Position numbers and translations under genes: made by a program | Notes under the pieces: model-generated | What the model was told of the DNA's origin: nothing | Databases searched by the model: none | The model's input: only the letters and a program-made list of their open reading frames with translations | Shown here: piece after piece, positions 46,943 to 61,142 of the stretch | Position numbering within the stretch: the first letter of the stretch is position 1 | Layout of the letters: each line of letters starts with the position of its first letter | Assembly: GCA_039096225.1 (NCBI GenBank) | Contig: JBBPEB010000034.1 | Span: 620,001 to 684,000 of the forward strand | From: Blastocystis sp. Blastoise | Lineage: Eukaryota; Protista; Bigyra: Opalinata | DNA length: 64,000 nucleotides | Reading direction: 5' to 3'

Positions 46943-47809
46943 CATTTATAAATACATGAATAATATTATTTTCTAATTTGCCAGTAAAATGAGAAGTCCA
47001 TTTTCCGCTCCAATAACTACGAAGTTTCTTTGTTTCTCCAGAAATAATTATAGAAAACTCATTATCACTTGTAGCAACACTATATTATTTATAAGCATTA
47101 TACTATTCCAATATATATATATATTAAATAAAAATATATAAAGAAAAAAATATTATTAAACTGAATATATTATTTAAAAAAACATAATATAACTAAATAT
47201 ATATAATAAAATAAAATATATTATTTAAAAAAACATAATATAACTAAATATATATAATAAAATAAAATATATTATTTAAAAAAAAACATAATATAACTAA
47301 ATATATATATTTACACAATAGCACCAATAAGTTCACCGATATAAGATGTTTTAATATAACTATTAAGAGCTTCTTGAATTTGTTTTTGAATTTCTATAAT
47401 GGGACCAGTGATTTTTTCTTCTTGAAATTGAGCTTCCTCTTTAACAGTTTGTTCATAATGATCTACTAAATAGTATTTTTCAGAGATAGGGTCATAAATA
47501 ATGTCATTTCCACGATCTGTTTCCTGTGATACAATTAAATTATGATCAGATAAAGAATTCGTAATGACTTGATACGTAGCTAAATTGTAGGCATGGAACA
47601 TTTGAGAAACATTCTCTGTTGTCAACAAGGAAGCACAAGGTAATTGTTGAATATCATTGATAAGAAGCTTTCCTTGACCTGGTGGACATTTTGTAACGAA
47701 GTATTGAATGATACTAAGTTTCTCTTCATCCGTTGCAATATACCTAAAAAAAATAAATAAGTACTTATATCTACTAAGAAGCTATATACTGCTCTTCTGT
47801 ATCTTCCAT
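46342..47809 (-). CDS. CAPZA: F-actin capping protein alpha subunit
   Basis: FVTKCPPGQ...INDI, SYWSGKWTS, KIHTHFYENGNVQM, KSLRRLLPRTQMKFQW. Confidence 0.93.
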
Positions 47810-48556
47810 AATGTCTCTATTATACAGTTATTTGTTCACTTAAACTCTAGAAGATTTTCCTTTTTCGAGTTATATCCCAACCTTTGTTAATAATTGCGGG
47901 GAATACGAGTTTATATCGGTTATTTCCTTTTTTTTCCATAAATCTCGACTTATTGCCTTTATGAATTGTGTATATCTCTATTCTTTTTTTATTCACTGTG
48001 AATCCCAAGAAAATCATGAATATCAATCCAATGCTTCAAAATATCCTTTTTTTAACGATTAATTCTTTTTGATAAACAATATAAACGAATTTTTGTTCCT
48101 AGTACATCATATATTGATGCAATTCATATATTTCATTTCATATTTATCTTTAAAAGACATTTAAAAAAAATAATGTCAAATAATGACGAATACACAAAGT
48201 CTCTTCTGATAAATATCTATTCACTAATACGTTACTATGTTTGATATCATATATATATATGAGAAATACATTTGAATGAAGCATTTTACTTTTAGGAGAA
48301 CAAATACATTAAAACTTCTGTTTTTTTTATTAGTTTATTAGAGACTTGTTTCGGTGGCAGTATTCTGTCAAGTGAATAGAAACTGTGCCTATTTCTTGTT
48401 TGAAGAAATAAAAAATAACTGAAAATAGAATTAAAAACCGTGATTCTTTTATCTTTAATACGTCATCATTTTTTTCTCCAAAATGAGTAATAAAAAAAGA
48501 AATATAATTTTTGCCTTTTATAATATATCTTAATTATTATATAAGTAAATCAATAA

Positions 48557-49941
48557 ATGGAGAACAACTTCTTCTTGAAACAGGAACAAGATGAAGACGA
48601 TTTTTTCAACAATTATAGAAATCAATTAGCAAATGATCCTGTCTTGATCCATCAATACACTGATTGTCCATCAAATACAATAGATAATCTTCAACTTCCT
48701 TTTGAGCCTAGTTTCTTATTACCTAATGATTATACAGAATTGAATCAGGAATCTGATACAAATAGTTGTAACAATGCTTCTTCTTATCAAGATGATGTAT
48801 TTACACAAGAAACACCTATAAATCAAAATGGTTTTCCTCAACATATTCCTGAATTTATTCCTATGCAATCAGACTATAGTACATCAAGACAAGAAACATC
48901 AAGTTCATTTGATTCTGATACTTATTATCAACCTCAAATACTTGAACAACAACCTTCTGTTTCTTATTCAGATAATTCTTCTCAAACATCTTCAGATTCT
49001 GAAGGAAAAACGAATAAGAAGAGAGCACGTAAACGAATTGTTGATAAATTAAGTACTGAAGAGAAAAAGAAAAAGAAAGAAATTCGTATATATATATATT
49101 ATTATTATTATGATTATTTTATTAGTATACTATATCCATATATAATTATTATTCTTATTATATAGGCTTAGCTCGTAATCGTGAATCTGCTCATCGTTCC
49201 CGTGCACGTCATAAGGAATATGTAGTCAATTTAGAGAAATCAGTAGGTTTCTTAAAAGGGAAAGTAAATGCCTTAGAGAATGCTCTTGTGAATTGTATTG
49301 GTAAAGATGCCTTCCTACAATTATTTAATCCTGAATTCTATGAAGAAATCCCAGATGAAGTTCCGGATACTTGTTCTTCTTCTACTTCTTCCTCTCCTGC
49401 TCAAACACATACATTATTCTCTGTCTCTTTCATTTTCATTATAGCCTTTACATTCAGTCTATTCTTCAAACCCTTAGAAACTCTCTTCCCCTTCTTAGCC
49501 TTCAGTCACTCTACTGTCAACGACTATACAACGTCACCATCTACACAATCACAACAAGCCTTTATATATGTTTTATTTTATTATGTTTATTATGTTTATT
49601 ATGTTTATTATTATTATGTTTATTATTATTATGTTTATTATTATTATTATGTTTATTATTATTATGTTTATTATTTTTCTTATATTACTCCTTCTCTCTC
49701 TTAGGCCTTTATGTTCCAGTCCTTCTCTTCTTTATTAAGTCCTCAACTTCTCTCTAAATTCATCCTCCTCTTTGATTCAGACACTCTCGTCTCTATTTCT
49801 TATTCTCTTATCTTCGCATTTATTGTTTCATTCATATATGTATTTATTGTACCTCATCTATGGTGGCAAAAGCCAAGATGGAATATAGTACCAAGAAAAG
49901 AAAAAGCACTTAAAGAAAAACAAACTGAATCGAAAGAATAA
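48557..49941 (+). CDS. bZIP transcription factor with two C-terminal hydrophobic segments (membrane-tethered)
   Basis: Acidic/Ser-rich N-terminus; spliced basic region EKKKKKEIRLARNRESAHRSRARHKEYVVNLEKSV; hydrophobic TLFSVSFIFIIAFTFSLFF and LVSISYSLIFAFIVSFIYVFIV. Confidence 0.88.
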
Positions 49942-50518
49942 TTATATTTATTTATTTATTTAATTTTGTTATTTTTTTTTTATATGTAATTTTCTTCATT
50001 TGTTATTCATTGTTATTTTATCATCTATTTGTAGTTTTTTTTGTTCATTTTTTTTTTTCGATATTGTTTATAAACTTATTTTATTCTCAACTGTTAGTGT
50101 ATGTTTCTGAGTTTTTTTTTCTTCTTCTTTTTTATTTTTAAATAACATTATATAAAAATTATACATTGATAAGAATAATATTTCATTGATAAGAATAATA
50201 TTTACACATTTCATATTTAATATGAATGTTCATTTAACATATTATCAAATTCATCTTCATGTAACTTAAAATACTAATTATTTAAAATGATTCAATAACT
50301 GTATTAACAACCTATTTAATAAATATATATATATATATATTCAAATAAAACAGAACATGAAGGATATAGAATAGTATAGAATACATAATAAAGAAATAAA
50401 ACAGTATAATTAATAAGATACATATAAAATAAGTGGATAACAGTTGCATACAGAAATCAAATATATAAATAGAATATAAAAAGTATTAACCGTTATATAT
50501 TTATGAAGAATTATCCAA

Positions 50519-53500
50519 TTAGAAGTCATCCCAGTCATCGTCACGACGTACGGTCACTTTATCATCCAATATATCAATCACTTTTCCTAACGCATACGTA
50601 ACGCCATTGTCTCTTAACATGATTCGTCCCAATGACGAGCACTCCGTAAATGGAGTTAAACATAAATATTTCTCACATTTAAATTCAACGAGAGCTTGCT
50701 TATTTGATCCAATATATCTAATAATATATAATATGTATAATATTATAATATTATAATATAATATTATAATAATATAATAATAATATAATAATAATATAAT
50801 AATAATATAATAATAATATATACCATATAATATAACAATAATATATAATAAAAAAATAATAAAAATAGATAAAAACACATAAGAATCCATATTATGACTA
50901 TTATTCAATATATTTTGGTTTTTTATTGAGAGACTTTCCATTTTTGTCATAGCTATCTAATAATCTGGTGATAGTCACAGATTGTACCATCGATTGACTA
51001 TAGAGAAGAAGAGACGTTCCTTTAAATATAGGTACCTGTAAGGCGGGAAGAGTTGCGATATGAGCGGTAAATCGATGACAGAGCTTCAATGGGGATCCTA
51101 AGGCACACAGTACACTTCCTACTGTAATGGCAGTAGTATCAATATCTACACCTATTTCTACTGTACTTCCAGCGGGAGCAGAATAAACACGTCTTCCATT
51201 AAGAACAACAGCTATATATAATAAAAATTATTATTATTTGCATTATTATTCCTTTTTTAATATCATATATTTTAATATATATATATATACATTTCACATT
51301 AACTTTTATAGATCCAGGAACAAGGATATATTTCCCTTTCGAATCAATCGTTCCCGCCACAATTTTACCGGCAATAGCAGGTCCAATGGCCTCCGACTTA
51401 TAAACATCCGAAATAGCTACTTTTAGCGGTGCACTCTCGTCATAAACTGGTGGAGGAACAATATCTATATATAGTAATACATGTATAGAGAGATTTATAT
51501 AGATTTATAAATAAATAGTATTAATGAGAGTATATTTTAATATAATATTATATGTTTATAAGATTTTATAATATATAGTATAGTATATTATATATATACC
51601 TATTGCTTGTATAATAGTATGACCTTTATACCAGGGCATCTTTGTAGAAGGAGAAGTTAGATTCTCTCCCTTTATACCACTTATAGGTATATATCTATAG
51701 AAAATAGAAGAATAGAAAAATAGAAGAATAGAAAAATAGAAAAATAGAAAAAAATTAAAATATTAAAATAGAAGAATATAAAAATATTAAAATATTAAAA
51801 TATTAAAATAGAAGAATATAAAAATATAAAAATATAAAAATATAAAAATATAAAAATATAAAAATATAAAAATATAAAAATATAAAAATATAAAAATATA
51901 AAAATAGAAGAATATAAATATAAAGTCATGAATATATATATTCTATATTAGCTTTCTTAAATCCCCATGTACGAAGGAATTCATTCATTTGAGTTTGAAT
52001 ATAAATAAATCGACTTTCAGACCAATCGACCTAGAAGAAAAGGAGTAATAAAAAGAGATATAATAATCATAAGGAGTAATAAAAAGAGATATAATAATCA
52101 TAAGGAGGAATAAGAATAAACAAATATACAATATCCATTTTATTCACACCTATAATCAGATGGTCCACACCAATTCCCTTCATGAGAAGCACGTGCTCCT
52201 TCGTTTGCCCGCCATCCTTGAATCCAGCTTCAAATTCATCAGGAGCAGCACTTAATATTAATAAGCCAACATCACTTTGGAATGCACCAGAAATCATATT
52301 ATGCACAAAATCTCTGTGTCCTGGAGCATCGAGGAGCGTCACGTAACGATTGGGGGTTTCAATATAACGTACACCTATATCCATAGTTACACCACGTTCT
52401 CTCTAATTAAATATTTATGTAAATAAAATATTAATCTAGAAGAAAATATATATATAATATGAATCTAAAAAATATTATTATTATTATTATTATATATATA
52501 CTTCTTCTTCTCCTTGGTCCATGACCCATGCATATTGGAAGGTTCCTTTACCCATTTCTTTACATTGTTTCTCATATTTTCGAATAACTTTATCTTCAAC
52601 AGCTCCTGTGTTATATAATAAATGGCCTGTTACCGTCGATTTCCCTGCGTCAACATGACCAGCAATGATAAGCGTTATACATGGTTTAGTAATCTCCTCT
52701 AGAAGAGCAGGCTATAGGAATAAGAATAATGTAGGTTAAGAATAAAGATAGAGATCAATAATAATATTTATATATATATCTTATAATAGTATAGAATATA
52801 TATATACTGATTTCCATTGAGATCCTTTGTCTTCTCTGTCTTCAATGGGTGTTCGAGGAGTAGGAGTAGGAGTAGGAGTAGAAGTAGAGAGAACAGGAGA
52901 AACAGATACAGGGGGAGTAGTACCTAATGAGTAATATACATATATATACATATATAGAAAGATAAGGAGAACTAATTATTTAATGAATATATATATATAT
53001 ATATAAATACTTCGAGAAGGTTTTCTAGTAAGTGACTGTAGAGTAACAATATATATATATATATATTATAATGAATACAAATTAGAGAATATATACCTTC
53101 TTATTTGGTGCAATCTTAATACTGAGTACACTCTGTTTGGCAGGAGCATAAGCAGGTGTCGCAGACTTCGTCAGACGTTGTACCTGCTCGGGAACACTAG
53201 TACTATTAGGATCTGTCCATTGGCCATTAGCACGTGCTGCTCGAACAACATCATCAGGAGATGGAGTCGAAAAATTGAATGGTTTTATATTACTATTAGA
53301 TGCAGCTATATATAAATATATATATATAATAGAATAGATTTTACAATAAATAGCATTAATAATTTAACATATATATATATACCTTTTAACACTTCATTTT
53401 CAATAGAATAACTAGTTTTATCACTGATAGATTGAGTATCTATATATATATATATATATAATATAATAATTATGATGAATACAAAAGAAAGGATACTTGA

Positions 53501-54241
53501 TTTATTCTTTGTATTTGTTAATAATTGAATTGGATTTGAAGTGATTTCATTCTTATTAAATACTTTCTTCAAATTTGATGTCTCTTTTGTTTTCGATGAA
53601 GAGTTGTTTTTTGGAGGAAATATCTGCGATTGACCTAAAATATATATATATAGATATATATTGAAAGGCTTTATAAAAGAATTTTCTTAGAATATTTACA
53701 AAAAATATATACATATATTATTATATATATACTTTTTTTAATTGTTTCTGAACTCTTTTCAGCTCCAGGAGTTTGTTCTAATTTATAATATATAAATATC
53801 AATAAAAAATAACAAATAATATACCAATAATCGACATGACAACCTTGACATTATAGTTATTTTCTTTTAATAACTGAATGGCCATGTCTAAATCAAGATT
53901 TTTAAACCTTCCATATAGTTGATCTAGGCACATATTGATTTTTTCATTAGCTAGTTCTTCCTCTTCATTGTCATCCTCTCCATAATAATCATATGGATCA
54001 TCGTAAGAAGCATTATCATGTAGATCATCTTGATTATCGTGCCCATTATTGTTATTATCAGCATCTCTGTTATACAAATACTTGCCTAGAGTCAGATAAA
54101 TATATACGTATACATGATTATCAAATTACTCATAGATGAGGATTCAAAAAATTCATCATCGTCACTGTAATCACCATCATCGTAATAGTCTTCGTAACTA
54201 TACTTTGTTTGTTTGGCATCTCTGTGTCTTATTCGACTCAT
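50519..54241 (-). CDS. HBS1: HBS1-like translational GTPase
   Basis: N-terminus MSRIRHRD...[36 protein letters not shown]...[43 protein letters not shown]. Confidence 0.95.
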
Positions 54242-54629
54242 TGTCTTTTAGGTATATAAAACAAAAAATGAGATTCAACAATTTTATTTATGTTTTTCTT
54301 TATCTTTTTTCCATTTTTCTTTTTTAAGTTTTATACGCTATGTTCAATAAATAATGTATTTTTAATGATTGGTTTTATGTACAGTATAGAATCAATGTTA
54401 TTGTAGTTTTAAAGATAATTTTTACGATTCATAAAGTCGAAATTATAAGATTGGATAAGACAAACAACGCCTATAATTTTAAAAAAAAAATTCTATAAGA
54501 AAAGAGAATAATTAAGAACATTTCAAAGGATATCGTATAATATGATTTTTATTTATAATAAAAAAACATAAATATTGACTAAAAAGAGAGAGATATTTGT
54601 TACTAATAGTTAATAATAATTTATAAAAT

Positions 54630-57600
54630 TTAGTTACCACTAGATAATTTGATACATAACATGATAAAATGTTTAAGAGGAAGTAACCATTCTTTATGTT
54701 GTTTCCAATATTCTAAATTGAGTTTCTTTTGAATATTAAGAGCATCATTGAAAGCGAAGTTATTTAAGTATTCCTTCATAGATAATAAAAGAGTTAACGC
54801 ACCTTCAGAAACTTCGTCATGTTTAAATTGATTCTCCATTGTATTAATAGAAGCATTAGTATTATTAATGACAGTTTTTTGAGAAGCATTAAGAGGAACT
54901 TGTTCCATCATGGAAATAGTATTACGAATAGAGTCAACGACACTTTGTTCGTCAGCAGTCATTCTAGAAGAAGAAAGAAAAATAATGATAGATAATATAA
55001 TAAATATAATTATATTATAATGATAGCAATTAAAGTATCAAAGATAAGAATATTAATAATAGTTAGAGAAGAATTAATAAAAAAAAAATAGTAAGTATAA
55101 TAATATATGTAGAAATGAATATAGATTGTATACTCTCTGAAAACAGGTTCAGGAGCAGGTTCAGGAATGGGTTCAGGAACGGGATTAGTATAGAGATTTG
55201 TAGGTTGAATACTTGGAGTTACAGAGGGGACAGAAGGAACATAAGGAACTGTTTTGAGTTTTGACATATCCATAGGTACGGGAGCTCTAGAAGAAGGTGC
55301 AGGAGGAGCAGTAGGAGTAGGAGTAGTACTAGGTTGAAGAGGAGCGATAGTAGGTGTAGGAATGAATGCAGTAGGACGCATAGGAGTAGGAGCAGGTGTA
55401 GTTACAGGAACAGTAGGAATAGAAGGAGAAGTAGCAGAAGCAGGAATAGAGGGAGTTACTTGAGGAATCAAAGGAGTATACTTAGGAGCCATAGGTTTAT
55501 ATTGAGTAGCAGCAGCAGGGAAACGAGAGTATGAAGGAACATTATTTTGTTGTTGAGGAGTTACTTGTTGAGGAGTTACTTGTTGAGGAGCTACTTGTTG
55601 AGGAGCTACTTGTTGTTGTTGTATCATAGGTTGTTGTTGTACAAGAGGAAGAGGAGTTTTAGGTATATATCCATTAAGAGCTTCAGGATAAGATTGATAT
55701 ATACGATAGAGAAGGAGTTCTCCTTCTTCAGATGCTCCAATAGATCGAATGAATCGTGTAGCCATAGAAGCAAGTCCTTGATTGACAAGAGAAGTAGAGA
55801 GAGTAATAACATTATGAAGAAGAGAGGGGTCTAATTCAGGAAGTTGTTCTCCTTCTTCTTGTTGCATATGAGTAAGAATAGAAATAACTTCAAGTACAGG
55901 AACTAAATCATCAATATCTTTATTAACATTAGATTTAAGACCAAGACGAACAACAGAAGGAAGATCCATAGCACAAATAGAACAAAGAAGAGCTTCATCA
56001 ACATAATGATTATCTTCTAATTTCTTGGATAAATCTTGACAGAGAGGAACGAATTCTTCAGCTTTACCATAAGTAAGAATCATAACAAGCGTGTCTTTCC
56101 AATCTTCAAGAGAAGAAGCAGAAACTAAAGAACTAAGATCTCCACGAACAATAGAAGAGAAAGGACGAAGAACAGAAGGGAAAGTTTCTGTCATATAACG
56201 AGATTGAGTTTTGGTAAGAAGTTCATTCCCCCCCCAAGAAGCAATAAGAAGAGCATCCCCAAAGCGTTGATTCTTATAACATATATTAACTGCCCCTTCG
56301 AAGTTACCACATACAATACAAAGACGAACATCATTTAACCATGTAGATTCATCCATTTCCTTTACAGCTATAGGATCAATAGATATAGTTATATGTATAT
56401 ATATAGTAGAATTGAAATAGAAGGATAATGTAATAAAATAATTTAATATTAATAAATATATATAAATAAAATGAAGATAGATAATGAAGAGAAAAAAAAT
56501 ATATAAATAAATAAAAGAATAAGAATAGATGAGTAAAATATACAAGCTGTTCCTATAGAGAGAGAGTCGATGGGAGTTCCAGAAGGAAGTGGTTGAGTAG
56601 AGATAAGAGATACAGGAGAAGAAGGAGTAGGAGTGGTCGTAGTACTTGAGATCTCTAAGGGCTTAGAGAATAAATCTTCAGCACTTATGGCAGGAGCAGC
56701 AGGCATCTTGGGAATCTCTATATATAAAATAATATATATTATTTATATTATATAATATAATAGAATATAATAGAATATAATAGAATAGAATAGAATATAA
56801 TAGAATATAATAGAATATAATAGAATAGAATATTCTATAATATAATATAATTATAATAAATAGATACCAGAAACAACTTCAGTTGGTTTTTCTTCGGGTT
56901 GTTCTTCAGGTATATCTGATAGAGGTTGAGAATATCCTAAATAACGAACTAAAGCATCTCGAGCATCTTCTTCAAACATACTATTCATAAAATGCCACAT
57001 GTCTTTGAGTTGTTTCTGATTTTCTGTTGTGCATCTCTTTTCGCAGAATCCCTTAAGATCTCCAGTGTTCATAGCTTCTTCAAAATCATGGCTCTCTTCA
57101 ATTAGAGAACTATCAGGAATAAAGGTACTAACCTATATATATATAATATATAATAATATATATATTATTATTATAATTCATTATTATTATATAGAAATGA
57201 TAATAAATATACTTTAACTATTTTACTAGTAGAGTCAAAGGATGCTATTTTGCCTCCAAATCCGAATATGGCGCCACAAGGTTGTTGCATCCATACGGGA
57301 GCTCTATGAAGAGATTGAGGTGCAGGAGCCATGATATTATAGAGAGTAATCGATCTATCTGTAGAAGAGACACAAGCTATACCAGGATAAAGAGGAGACC
57401 ATTCAACTTGTGTTTTACGAATAACAGAAGCGGAAGTAGTATTAGTAAAGAAGAGTTGAGCATCTTGAGGAGCTACCTTAGTTTCTTCAATACCATCAAT
57501 CTCTTCAGCAAGAGATGAAGTAGCAATATTCCATAAGAGAACTTTATTATCTTTACCGCAAGAGAGAAGAAGAGTAGGATCGTAAGGACACCAGGAAACA

Positions 57601-58976
57601 GAGAGAACTCCCTTAGTATGGCCACTAAGCTCTAAGAAGGGGGTAGAAGTAGAAGAACGAAGGTCCCAAAGACGAATAAAAGGATGAGTATCATTCTCAA
57701 CACCTAGAAAGGAAAAATAGTATATAGAATCATATATATAATTATAATTATTGTTGTTTATATTATATATTCCTTTAATTATAATTATTCTTAAAGTTAT
57801 AAAAAGATGAAGTTAATTAAACATATAACTAAAGAGGATAATATATACAAGTAATAAGTTGAAGACCATCGGTAGGATTCCAGATCATGTCAGAAATACG
57901 AGAGTTATTTGGGTCGCAGAGTTCGCACCAAGGAGTCTTTTGACGAATATCCCAAAGAGTAATATGACCATTAATTTGACAGCAACTGAGAATATGAGAT
58001 ACCTTTGTATTCCAACATACTCTATACAATATATAGAATGATATAGTATATATATTATATATGTATGATTCAATTATCAAATATATATTTAAGTAACTAA
58101 TATAAAAAGACAATATACTTTGTGATTTCAGCAGGAATAGTTCCAGTTTGAGAAGTGAATGTTGAAAGAATTGGGTTTTCCATATCGAAGAGATCGACGA
58201 GAGTCAGAGTTCCATCTTGAGAGCCACAAGCCATTTGCTTACACCACACGTGAGGGTTGAAACAAAGACATTTTACAGGACATTGGGTAATTTGAATTGT
58301 TGTAATCTATATTTATATATTATTATTATATATTTATATATAGATAATTAAAATAGGAGAGAAGATGTATAAAAATAATAATAATATGTAAAAATAATAA
58401 ATAAATAAAAAATAATAATAATATGTAAAAATAATATATAAATAAATAAATAAATAAAAAGTATAATAAATAAAAAAATAATAATAAATAAAAAAATAAT
58501 AATAAATAAAAAAATAATATATAAATATATAAAAACAATATATAAATAAATAAATAAAAAGTATAATAAATAAAAAAATAATAATAAATAAAAAAATAAT
58601 AATAAATAAAAAAATAATAATAAATAAATACGGGTTTGATTTCAATAGATTCTTCATTCATTACAAATTCCCATAAAGCTATAGATCCATTAGCAAAAGA
58701 AGCAGCAAGAATGCCATAAGGATAAGGAGTTTCAGCGATTAAGGTTTTACCCCAACATAAAGAAGTTACACGATTTTCCAAATCAAGAGAAGCAAGGAGT
58801 TTAGGTCCATCAGTATGATTGATATCAAAATCATATACTTGAAGTGTACCTTTATTATCATCGAATCCAGATATAGATCCTTCTTTTGAAGCAATAGCTA
58901 CAATGGTTTTATGTGTATCCATTGGACACCATGCAAAAGCAGCGTTTTCTCCTTTAATGGATGTGATTATAGTCAT
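54630..58976 (-). CDS. SEC31: Sec31 COPII outer coat protein
   Basis: N-terminal WD40 repeats (LWDLRSS, GHTKGVLSVSWCP, LSCGKDN), RAPVWMQQPCGAIFGFGGK, ancestral coatomer element DALLIASWGGNEL, Pro-rich region, C-terminal helical domain. Confidence 0.95.
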
Positions 58977-59168
58977 CTCAATAATAAAAATATATAGAAA
59001 AGATGAGAAGATAGTCCAAAAAAAAAATAAAAAATTGGAATAGAAAATGTTGAGTACTGAAAAAGAATCATGAAATAAACAAGAAATTTAACTGAGAATA
59101 CATATTTACTCATGAAAATGAAGAACTTCTGTTTTTAAAACATATTTCTTATTTTATAGCAGATAATA

Positions 59169-60100
59169 ATGAATACAATAGATTCCAATAAACCACAAAT
59201 AGATATAAAGGAAAATAACGAAAATAAAATTGTTTCAGAATCAAAAGAAGATGAGATTATTCAAAAACCCGTCGTAATATACTTTATTATATGAATATTC
59301 ATCTTTATAGGAAGGTCAGAAAAGAGTAGATGATGATGAATCTAATAATGAATCAAAGAAAATCAAAACAGATTCTCAAATCACTATAGAAGATGCCTTA
59401 AATAAAATAATAAAGTTCGTTACAGTTGAATCAAAATTCACAAAAGCTATGGAAGTCTTTCATAAATTAATACAAGCTACAATGATTGATGAAAATAATT
59501 CTTTGGTTATCTTTAATGCAGTTAAAGAAGCCTTTTCAAATCAGCAATTATTTTTAAATCAAAAGTATATAGATTCTTCAGAAACATTGGTTAAAGCATT
59601 ATATATTCACAAAGCAGACTTCAACAAATATCAAGAAGTATCATATATTTCATATATATGTTTTATACTATATTTATGTTAGAAACACATTGAATCTTGG
59701 TACTTTTTAATTAATACGATGAAAGGTACTTATTGTGATGATTCATTCGAATATAATAAATGTCTTTCCAAACTGAAAAAGGAATTCTTACAGTTACCTA
59801 AAAAATCAAAGTATAGTTATTATTCTTATATTTATATTATTATATTTTATTTAATATTTTTATTTGTTTATAGTCCAATAGAACAAAAGTCAATTCCTTC
59901 AGAAGGTATATATATATATAATAGAAATCTTATATTAATATATTCTAGACTCAGATCTAGAAATAGAAATACTATTTCATGAAACATGCATATTAGATTG
60001 TGTTCGTTTGTGTCTCTCTCATTGTGTATTTGATTGGCAGAAACCTTCTATATTCGATATTATTCAGACAATAGCAATTAATAAAGAACTACTTTCAAAG

Positions 60101-60131
<31 letters not shown>

Positions 60132-60321
60132 ACTATTTTCGAAACATCTCTTATTATCAACATATAGAGATAATATACCTATTTTCAACTCTATCTATCA
60201 AACATTTTTAATTAAAAAGAATCCTCCAAAAAAGATCCGTAAAGTAGTAACAAAGGACGTTATGAAATCATTAAATAATCCTTATCATATTAATAAACAA
60301 ATTGGATCAGGACTCCAATAA
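59169..60321 (+). CDS. Hypothetical protein, ~6 exons; start uncertain
   Basis: In-frame GT-AG exon chain (EDALNKIIKF...KFTKAMEVF, YCDDSFEYNK, FDWQKP) ending TAA at 60319-60321. Confidence 0.7.
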
Positions 60322-61142
60322 ATATACTATTCCAATCACTGACACTTTTGATGTTTCAGTATTATACTTCGTTTTTTTTTTTTTTTTTTTTTTTGTTTTT
60401 TTTTGTTTCATTTTTTATAAATTAATATGAATTATTCTATTTCTATCAACACCTTTTTGTCATAAAATGATACAACAAAAATATTCTTGTTTACTCACAT
60501 TTACACAATTTTAAAAAAATAAAAAAAAAAATCAACTAGTATTATTTGATTATTCAAATACACTTCTCTAAAGAAGGTTCACTATGCACAAACATTATTC
60601 TACAACATTCAGATATATATATGTATAAACTATAATTTAGGAACAAAAATGTCAACACTAATTCTTTTTAATTGTTAACCATTAGTCATTTCTAAATCAT
60701 TTACGTATTATATACACATATAGCTTAAATCTATATCAAAATTTTAGAAAATAAAACCAAAAAACTGTAATCTTCTTATATTAAACAATTCTAAAGATTT
60801 ACATTTGTTATAAGCAAATAGTCAGCATATAACTATCTCTTTTTTATCTTGCTTGACCTAATCTTCCAATATATATATATCTAAAAAGAATGAGATTAAT
60901 TTTTTTCTTTTTTTTATCGAACTCTATCACGTGAATGTTAGGGAAACCAAAGGATTAACACCATTTCATTCGATTTCCACAAAAAGGAGATTTATGTTGA
61001 GATTTGTACCTATTATATCTTAATTTAGTCTTATTTTTCAATGGCATAATGATGAAGAATACCTATTATGAAGCGAGATTATAAACACAAATAAATTTGT
61101 TAAATCCATTATTGTTTCATATTTCTTTTGTGTTAAAAACAA

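Noticed and set aside
49167-49420. IRE1-type unconventional intron in the bZIP mRNA
   Set aside because: No paired CNG-CNG 7-nt-loop hairpins visible between the bZIP and the first TM.
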